This document shows, piece by piece, positions 54,666 to 64,000 of a stretch of DNA of 64,000 bases. The notes under the pieces were generated by a model. The model made no database searches. It was not told the DNA's origin and was given only the letters and a program-made list of their open reading frames with translations. Position 1 is the stretch's first letter, and each line of letters begins with the position of its first letter. Made by a program: the position numbers and the translations under genes. The DNA comes from Catajapyx aquilonaris (taxonomy: Eukaryota): positions 1-64,000 of the forward strand of contig JYFJ02001019.1 of the NCBI GenBank assembly GCA_000934665.2. Reading direction: 5' to 3'.

Positions 54666-57600
54666 TCAATATGCAGGTGCCTGGAAATCACCCCCTGCTC
54701 CACCCCCTCCTTGCTGCTGGTTAGGTGCTCCAGATGCAAACGGAGGTTCTTGGTAGCCTCCCTCCACATCAGGACCTCCTGGGTAGGAGGAATAAGCTGC
54801 ACCACCTCCTGGGAGGGTTCCTCCACCCATTCCAGCATCTGCTTCGTATGGGGGAGCAAAAGCTGAATCTGTCCCCTGTCGGAACCGCTGGAATGCCATG
54901 AAGGCACACCCTGCCTGCAAGACAAGCACAGTATGTTATGCAAAATTATTTTGTTAATAATTAGTTCTCCCTCTGAACCCATTCTGCACTTCGGGCTGGT
55001 TGCATAAATGAGGTAAACCTGAAACAAGTGGTTTACCTTATGTTTTTCATATAGGATTTATTTATTTATTTATTTATTATTACTTGGTCTGGGTTTACAA
55101 TCCTTTGAGCAACTGAGCCTTAGGCACCAGTGACTCATGAATAACAGAAGCTACAAATAAGGACTAGATTTGGCACATATTAAAACAATTTTTAGTGAAG
55201 GTTGTTCCTAAGAAAATCAGATTTTTAAAAAAGAAGTATTTTCATGTCAAGACCCCCAGTGGTTATATTTAGGTTTGAAAATTATAAACTTTCCACTATA
55301 TAAAGTGGAAGATGTATTTTTTAAGGTGCTATGAACTTTCAATTGTTTTCATTTTTATGGCAACATCATGATCATGAATATTTTGCACTAGCAGGTTACC
55401 CGGCGTTGCCCGGGTATGTTGGGGTGCTGGCAAAGGACACGAGTGCAGTCAACTGTTCCCCCGATCCTCAGCCTCATGTTTTTTACTGTCTTATGGCTGG
55501 AGCTAAACATGTCAAAACTGATGCGTTGTATAGCGAGGACCTGAGTCATGCACGCTAACAGTTTTAAACTCCATATTTATAAGGATAATTACACTTCTAG
55601 CGGGCGGCACAGTGGCGGAGTGGTTAGCGCCAAAGCCTTCCACCTCGTTCGATCCCCGGGTAGGACAGAGGATACTTATGTGGATAGAGTTTCAATGGGT
55701 TCTCTCCGTGTTCGCGTGGGTTTTCTCGGGGTTCTCCCGTTTCCTCACACTATCAAAATCCAACACAGCAAAGGCAATGACTAAAGTCGGTCAATTAAAA
55801 TATGATCCCCTAAAAAGCCCAAGGAGGCTTATCACGGGGTATCCATTATTATTATCATTATTACACTTCTAAGAGCTAGATAATGGCGAGAAAGTCAGAT
55901 TTTTGTGCATTTTTTTTTTGCATTAACATTTTATAATCAAGTCATTCACGTAAAAACATCAAATATTTGTCACATGAGTCTTATATTGTAATGATTCTGA
56001 TGACATCTCAGCCCTCAACATCGTGACCTTGACACTCCAGATAGTGATTTTTCGTTGAACCGATTTTCAGGATAGCGGGAAATAGAGGGTTAAACGTGAC
56101 TCTTTGCCACTAATTCTGACCACACACATTGTACTCAAAAAAGCAATGAAGAGCTTACCACATGATATGAAAAATATATTTGACATCAGTATTAGTGGAC
56201 CAAATGCTGCATTTAATAATAAACAACACAATGGAACAACACCCTGTATTTCCATACCAGTCCATACACACAAGAAAATACTAGTGCCTCTACTATTTCA
56301 GTCTGCCTAATGTACGAAAGAAAACAGTCAGCTTACCCAGCTGAAGATGGAGAAGAAGGAGAAGGCTATAGCTGCCTGCACGTTGTCCACTCCCACTCCT
56401 CCTCTAGGGGGCTTTGAGTTGCTCCACTGGTTGGTCAGATAGCAGAATCCCACAAAGTACAGGAAAGCCCACAAGCCTGTCATTTGAAATAAGGAACAGT
56501 TCTTACTGATGAAAGCAAAGTGCAAATTAATAGCAAAATGACCTGAGAATCCCAAATCCAGAAGGACATAGTGCTTGCGAGTCTTGACAGAGGACATCTG
56601 CTCAAACAGGTACTCCCCAACCAGCAGTCCAATGGAGGCCAGGAATGCAATTACTCCAATGCCCACCCCATAGTTGCATGCATTGTTGTCCCTGTTGTAT
56701 AGGCACACATCCTTCTTGTCCTCCTTTGTCCAACCTTGAGATGAAATGCAGCCAAATACGACTATGGCAAACAACTGCAATAAAAGGAAGGTTGGGGATG
56801 TTACATAACTGAACATATCATATCAGGCGTCATGTTTGAAGAAGGGCTGCAGAGTCATGGCAATTGCATCACAAGGCACATACTGTATTTTGTTGTGTCA
56901 AACTGTCACAAGGCCTACTCCATCAGACCTCAATTATGCTTCCTTATAGATTGAATCTGCAGGTTTACACGAGATGATTCATAATAAGTGCACTCTGCAT
57001 TCACACAACAGTGATCAGGATAATTTTAGTGGTGGGCATTACTGCCATCTATTACGCTGAGTTGCATAAAAGATTGTAAATCCTGACCAAGCAATTAATC
57101 CTAATTTAATAACATGGGATCAACAATTTGTCCTAGGTTTACCTTGATTATAAATGCGACTGGCCTTCTGATATCATAAGGAGTAAATCAGCTTCAGAGC
57201 AAGAGAAGCACAGGGCATCATTTAATTTTTATATCTTTTAGTGGCTGCAACAATTTAAGGGGTCTGAAACACTATTTCAGCTAATTATGATACCCTTTGT
57301 ACAGCCCAGCACATCAACCAAACCTGGGTGTGCCCATGCACTGGAATATTCTGGATCATCCCACAAAAAGGATAACTGTAGTAAATGCAACTGTAATAAA
57401 CAGTTTTGAAATTGCGATGCTGCTGGCCATATGGCATGCTTTACAACAGAGATTTTGTCTAGATTTTTCATTTCAAACTAAATTACTGGGCCCATCTGAT
57501 TTCAATGCTATCAAGCAAACCTTGGCCACATCTAATGACAGGACAGGTAGGTACTTTGCTTACTAGCAGTATGGCATTTAAAATGGCTTTGGTTATTTCT

Positions 57601-59064
57601 TCTCAACCCCTCAGGCTTGTCCTGAGGCAGACTCCCTCTCCTGATGGCAAGGAACCCATCATCAACCAATATTGTATCCGTTTTTGTCCCACCATTTGAT
57701 TGGTGACCGTGACCATCATGCATGAGCTTTTTTTTTGCAGAGGATTTTGCAGGAATAAGGCCAGAGGGGAACAATCACAATTCCTATGCTAACTGAGAGG
57801 GCCTGGAACTTGTCCATGGCCAATCACAGACTGACATAAGTATACCGCACAAGTAAAAAATAAAATGGAATTGGGAATAGCTAGAGGAGTGAACAAGGGC
57901 GAGCTCTGTATGGTTCCAGGACCAGAGTGCAAGGAGACAGTGGAGAAAATGCCAGGCAGCTTATGTGCCCAAGCAGCCTTACCATTGCATTGATTAATCA
58001 ATAGTGTCTCAAAATGGTCGTTTTTTTGCAAAAATACAGCCATTTGGGTGCCACATTGATTAGGTGAAGAAAAGCATCTCTCCCATCCATATTTCTTTTA
58101 ACACGCCCAGAATGCCCTGTTTATGTGGAGATACCATACTAGTGCAGCCTAGTCTGATTGAAATAAACAAATTAATGTTGTGATTAGGTGTTTCGCTTGG
58201 CTCCAGAACTGTGGCTGCACCAAGCAAGGTAAAGTCACTCATATTGATTTCTTACATACATACATACATTCATACATTTCCTTCACGGCATATTCCCATC
58301 AAGATGGGGTTACCAGCGATGACCAGGTAGGCCTACAGTCCACCTGGCCATCTCGAACGACCAGTATAATGAATCCTCTGGTGACTGGTCAGGCCACGCA
58401 GAGGATTTCTTAAATGTGCTGAAATAGAAAATCACTCTATGTTCTTTCGCAACAAACCCATAAACGGCTGAGGATTGCTTAAACAAAACTTCCTCTCTGA
58501 TTGAGTTATGCCCCGATAAATCAAGTGAGATGTAAAGTGCTGCCCTGGGAATATTCAAACTGATCTTATAATAGTTCATGCCTTGACATACACCAAGATT
58601 GTAGGCGCCTGAATCATATAATTATTAACTACCTTTGTCATAGGTACACACAGGTCAGATTTGGTGGAATAGGTCCTCTCACTCCATGACTTACAATGCC
58701 GGCTACCACGTCTGCTCAAATCAACCCTTATCAGCTGAGGCCACGGTATCCCTAGTACTCCATGGCCGCACAGTCCTTACGTTCGAGTGAAGTATTCATT
58801 CCCAATCAGAGCTCTCACAGAAGCAGGAAAGTGCACATCATCCTCCACCCCTACAGAGGGCTGAACCCCACCCCAACTAACTGGCTGGCCTTTCCATCAC
58901 TATAGCAATAACAACATACCCCCCGAAAAAAATCATTTAAAAAGAGTGTAGGATAGCCTCACCCAGCAGAGCGCCCTTAGGATGACCTGTGGCCTCTGTG
59001 CGAATCGGATGGGGTCAAAGGGCGCCCCTGCCTTCCCTCCACCGTACGCTCCGCCGACCTCCAT
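54666..59064 (-). CDS. Syngr: Synaptogyrin (MARVEL domain), 4 exons, 240 aa
   Basis: Exons 59064-58963 (MEVGGAYGGGKAGAPFDP..RPQVILR), 56774-56543, 56476-56337 (FVGFCYLTNQW, AAIAFSFFSIFSW) and 54914-54666 (Tyr/Pro/Gly-rich tail). Confidence 0.95.
55388..55585 (-). mobile_element. Non-autonomous mini-Helitron
   Basis: Minus strand reads A|TC... CCCGGGCAACGCCGGG hairpin ... CTAG|T, with no TSD. Confidence 0.7.
55600..55859 (+). mobile_element. tRNA-derived SINE with a V-domain-like core (family D)
   Basis: A box TGGCGGAGTGG, B box GTTCGATCCC, (ATT)n tail. 12-bp TSD ATTACACTTCTA (55588-55599, 55860-55871). Confidence 0.9.
58253..58590 (-). mobile_element. Probable 3' end of a non-LTR retroelement with a (TGTA)n tail
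   Basis: Minus strand ends CCCATCTTGATGGG (hairpin) AATATGCCGTGA then TGTA repeats, resembling RTE-type 3' ends. Confidence 0.45.
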
Positions 59065-60331
59065 CTCTCGACTATAAGCTGCCCTTCCCTTTTCCTTCTT
59101 CCTGTGCTATTTCTTGGCGAGGAGAGCACGACTGCCACTCGTCCTTTACGTCTCTATCTATCTACCAGCACACCCTCTCTCTCTACTGCTCTTCGCTTCT
59201 TCTCTCGTCCACTCCCCCACCAGTCAATACGTCGCAGGGGAGCCAGGCGGGGAGGACACTGCGCGAGGACACCAGGCAAGAGTAGTAGTACACACACTAC
59301 CCCCTATAACTATCTCGCATCAAAAGTGATCAGTCACGCACCCTATTTCAGTGGAAAGTCACGAGACATGGACGTGACAGCGCACCAGCATTAAACTGTG
59401 CGTACAGGGTTTGGAGATAATCGGAAGCTTGCAACCGTGGAGGGAAGGTGGGTTGTGGGTGTTCACATCGCGGCTACCGGAGGAAAACTCTGCGAAACAA
59501 TCGCGTAGAAGGCATCTGGGAAAATAATGCTGCATTGCACGGCTACAAGTCGGGTGAACCTATGGTCGTCTCAGAGGGTTGCGTATTTCTAGCCGGTACT
59601 GTCATGAGTTGACGACAATAAGTTATGTTATAGCAGCAGTCCAGCTATTGATAGAGTCAAGTTGCTCCTGTGAAACTCGCGTTTTATGGTATCCCGTCAT
59701 TGGTCAGGAAAACATGGCAACAACTGGGAACATGTGTGTATGGCCCGTGACGTAACATTCCAACTGGAGCCTTTCACTTGCAATAGTCGAGCAGATGTGG
59801 GTGGGTTGCCGTGGTTTTAAATGGGCTGAATGCAAGTGAGGAAAGGAATGTTCGAGCACGGCATTTAAATTGCACACCGGCAACGCTGCCAGTAATATTC
59901 GAAGTTGAGAAATTCCCCCTCATTCCGCGCATGCGTACCACGCCTTTGACGTAACCCGGCATTGCCAGAATGTCCTATTATGCAATATTTTCTCGACAAT
60001 GCTTTTTACAACATTCCTGTAAAAAGACGTGCTTCTCCGCTGATTTACAGAGTTGCATGTAATTGGCTCTTTTTAGTGATCCGGATGGTCCTTCGGGTAC
60101 GTGCCAGGGTGTGCGTGGGACAAGAGTGAATTGTGGCAACGGCGCAGTGAGTGAGTTGGTGACGTCCGCTTTCGCAAGTACCCTGGACTTGCTTTCGTTG
60201 GCCTTTCAGCTGGAGACGTGTATCGGGGCAGCACCGCGTCCGATAGGAGCTTGACCGTCCCAGCGTCCATTCCTTCCTTCCTGCCCAAGATTTCGGAGCC
60301 AGCGTCGCGCCATCGCAGCCGGCCGCAGGGG
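59065..60331. promoter_or_regulatory. Bidirectional promoter, synaptogyrin/ZNF598
   Basis: Divergent ATGs about 1.3 kb apart, CpG-rich, with a GCGCATGCG (NRF1/Ewg-like) motif near 59927. Confidence 0.6.
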
Positions 60332-61967
60332 ATGAGGGCCGAGGAGAGGATGGCGGTGTCCACCCCTGCGCGGCCGCCTTCCAGCAAGCCGAGGCCCGAG
60401 CCCGCCCATTCCTCCTCCCCGGGAGGAGACAGCACGTGCGTGGTGTGCTTCAGGGGAGTGGACAAGTATTCGGTGGGGCCATGCGACCACCCGGTCTGCC
60501 TAGAGTGCTCCACCAGGATGAGGGTCCTCTGCAGGCAGAACGAGTGCCCCATCTGCAGGGGAGACATGCCTCAGGTAAACCACTGGGGATTGCCACTGTA
60601 GACAATCACTTGCTCAGTTAATAACACCAACAATGTAACGAGAATCATGTTGCACCACTTTGTGGTTATACAGATGTCTGCGTCATTCACATGTGCACAG
60701 GATAGGATTGGTGCGAGGCTGGTTAGTGGCTGAAGTCAGGTGGGAAACTACGGTGCGAACCAACTGCACAATGGAAGGGCCATGTCGTTCTGAACCGACT
60801 GGACCTAAAGCTATTGCTGCCTTCACATTTGCAGAAAATTAGATTAGATTAGATGCTCTATACCACCTTGGCTATTGCACAATGCTGGGAAACTAGCAGG
60901 GTGGGATGGGAATTTTCCCCTCCCTATTTTTTTTTTTTTTGGAGAGAGCTGGGGTGAAGAGAGATATTTGAGAAGTTTTGAGCTAAAACAATTTAGGGAG
61001 AGTAGGTAACCGAAATGATGAAGGTGATTATGTGAATCACGCTACTGTTATCCTTGTTAAGTCAATTGCTGAAGCCCAAATGGCACAACTGAAAGTTGTA
61101 CTTGGGGCATGGTCATTAGGACCAACACCCAACGCAGCAGTTAATGAGGACAATATAATATGCTTGGTGTGGTTTGAAGCACTGATTGTTATAACCTACC
61201 TTAGTGCTGCTATGTTGGTATTGTTAGCTCTCCTCTTCAGTTTTGCTGCTGCTTGAACTGGTAGAGCTGGAAAGAAGAGAATGCCATTCATCTCACTCCA
61301 ATTTGTGGAAGGAAAAAAATAAAATAGAACAACAGAACAAGAACTACAGCAAAAACCACACAACTAATGAGTGAACTAGCAAACACGGACTTGACGGGGT
61401 CACTTTACCAAAGCAGTGCCCCTTAATACACAAAATCTGCATTTTAAAATAGGAAGAACTCTTTCATACTATGTACTACCAGGGATTACTGTCTTATTTT
61501 CACAAGTATTCACTTATTATCACAAAGGAAGTAATCCCTGGTACTACTGGGGGTAAGGTGTACACAAATATATTTTGAGAATGGGAACCATGGGATAGAC
61601 TAATATTAAGTAGAAAAATTACTTAGAAACCATCCCATACCCACTCCACTAATCTGAGTCGCAATCACATGACAATCTCGGCGATGGCAATATAGCTGGT
61701 ACTCTGTGGTCAAGTTCTGAATGCCTACATTTTAGGCAGCTGGGTACGAAAGGGTAAATAAAGCATACAGTGAAAAGTCCATTTGCACTGTAACCAAGAA
61801 ACATGATTTATTTTGAAATATCCTAGGGAAGTTGAAAAATCAATTGCAGTTAACAGCAAAAAAAAAAAAAGTGGATATTTCAATTTTTCTGTCGCATTCA
61901 GAGCTGAGAAGTTCGTAGCCATGGCGCAATCAGATTTTAGTGTAAAAATTTGTCATTACTTCTGCAC

Positions 61968-62021
<54 letters not shown>

Positions 62022-64000
62022 CCGGGTAGAGCTTGACCTCATCAGAGGTACGAGTATATAGCATGGACCTTCATTTGTGTCTCGTACATATATTGGAGCC
62101 TTTTTATGTAACGCCCGGGCCCATGGGCAGGATGACAGGAGGGGATGTGCAAAGTGCAGTGCAATGTCTTGGGTGTGGTCATTTTGTGAACTCCCTGGGT
62201 GGATTAGTCTGGAAATGCCATCCGAGACAAAGCCAGAGATGTCCCAACTCTGCACGAGATGAAGGGGGGAACCCCAGGCTGGGACCTTAACATCCGTGGG
62301 CGCATACGTTACCGCAGCTCCACTCCGCCTCCCTCTATTTCGGCACTACAACCATATTTAGCATTTTCAGTAAAATTACAAAGCAGAGATGGTGGGTTAG
62401 GTTTCTTTTATTTTGGTTATTGTATGATTATCAAGTCAGTTTCATTGCATATTATAGGTGGTAGAATTCTTGTCTATTCCTTTGAATCAAATTTACACCG
62501 TGGGTGCTTGCCTGGGTGTAAGGCACAGTTGGCTCCATGTGAGAACATGCAGTCTGGATGACTGAACAAGGGACCCTAGTGTAGGGGATTCACTGATTAT
62601 AATATGTAATAAATTAATATGATTTTTGAAATATGTTGTTAGTCATATTACCATCACCACTTCAGAGTAATCCATATGACAAAGACTGGGCATACTTGAT
62701 AGTTATGTATGTAACAAGAGCATTGCTTAAGTACACTTTCTCAATTCCACAATAGATTTTACTTATGGGATATGGCTGATATGAGTTGTATTTTACTAAT
62801 CTGTTTGCTCTCCTTTGTGTAGGTAATTTTCACACGGCAGGTTCACCCATATGCCCAGCTCTGCAAGCAGTACAGTGCCTGCCCGGAAGATGGTGTATTT
62901 GGAATTTGTTTTGAAGATGAGGGCCTTCGCAGAGCATATGATTCCCTCCTAGAGCAGCGCTGCCGTTGCTGCCGTCACCGCCCTACCTTCCCATCTTTCA
63001 AGTTATTACAAGAACATGTTCGGAGGGAGCATGAGCTCTTCTACTGTGACCTATGTGTGGAACATCTGCGCATATTTACCTTTGAGAGGAGGTGTTATTC
63101 CAGAAAGGATCTGGCCAGGCATAGGAGGAAGGGAGACCCAGATGACACTTCCCACCGAGGTCACCCAAATTGTGAATTCTGTGACCGTCGGTACATAGAT
63201 TCAGACGAGCTCTATCGGCACTTGAGAAAGGACCACCTGTTTTGCCACTTTTGTGATGCGGATGGGTCACACAAATTCTACAGGTATATCCACATTCCAT
63301 CATATGTAGTAATGAGCCAGTTTAAGTAGAAGGATTCTGGACTAGTTATCCTGAGTTAGGAATCGCCTGAGTAATGTCACATTATAAGAGTGGGAAGGAT
63401 AATGATCACCATTTACATAGGGTACGGTATTCCAACTATCTGGGTCATGTTAGTTGTGCGATTTCGCTGAAGTTGTCATTTTTGTGTAGCATTGTATGCC
63501 CCAATCCAGGTGCTCAGTATTCCCAGGAGGGGTCAAATACAGCAGCTTCTATGCAGTACACTTGGGCACCTCAATTGGGGTGCAACAAAAAAAATAACAG
63601 CTTGGAGAAAATTTTTCCATAACTAAAAGAACCCACATAATTGGAACACACTGTATATCACCGTGGATGTGGCTTTGGTGCTCTGAAATGAAACTGTAGC
63701 CAGGGAAAAGAAATTTAACAGCCTTGTAGTCAGCCCAACTCACAGACAGACTTTGAATGCAATTTTACTGACATCCACAGTGAATGGCCACCAATTATTT
63801 TTATTATTCTTTTTTGTGTAGAGCCCTCCAAATATTTACAAAAAATATGAGATGGCACCCCCCCAATTAGGGTGAAGTTCTTATGCATGTTTCACATGAG
63901 AGATGAAGTTTTCAGTGACTGCTCTTTGCAGTTCCTACGACTACCTGCGAGAGCACTTCCGAGACACCCACTATCTCTGTGAAGATGGTGAATGCAGGAT
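60332..64000 (+). CDS. ZNF598: E3 ubiquitin ligase ZNF598/Hel2 (RING plus C2H2 fingers), 5' part; continues beyond the window
   Basis: Exons 60332(or 60350)-60574 (CVVC..CDHPVCLECSTRMRVLC..ECPICR), 62823-63283 (YSRKDLARHRRKGDPDDTSHRGHPNCEFC) and 63932-end (YDYLREHFRDTHYLCE). Confidence 0.93.
61970..62334 (-). mobile_element. SINE family A copy with a long (ATT)n tail
   Basis: Head, core and ACCTCTGA.GAGGT tail align with 8173-8527. (AAT)n run at about 61970-62021. Degenerate TSD TTC(T/G)GCACTA. Confidence 0.85.

Noticed and set aside
57500..58050. Possible decayed LINE coding fragment in synaptogyrin intron 1
   Set aside because: No endonuclease or RT motifs recognisable by eye.
61813..62255. 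Poly-Ile ORFs
   Set aside because: Translation of the (AAT)n SINE tail.

Overview
Eukaryotic (metazoan, probably arthropod/hemimetabolous insect, inferred from the repeat content) gene-dense genomic DNA, not prokaryotic. I could reconstruct nine spliced genes by hand: the first coding exon of outspread/MPRIP (-), phosphomannomutase (+), LUC7L3 (-), MMD/PAQR10-11 (-), WDR13 (+), an LMTK/AATK-like membrane kinase (-), a G-alpha of the Gv class (+), synaptogyrin (-) and the 5' part of ZNF598 (+). Eight of the nine sit in head-to-head pairs around CpG-rich promoters. Introns and UTRs hold many short non-autonomous elements: tRNA-derived SINEs with exact target-site duplications, MITEs of several superfamilies, a mini-Helitron and RTE-related pieces. 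The most notable points are a U12-type intron in WDR13, a probable GC-AG intron in the LMTK gene, an intact G-alpha-v gene, an invertebrate LMTK, alternative 3' ends of LUC7L3, and modular SINEs that share 3' stem-loop tails. I found no clear evidence of a wholly new biological system. Family assignments come from my recall of homologous sequences; no database search was run.
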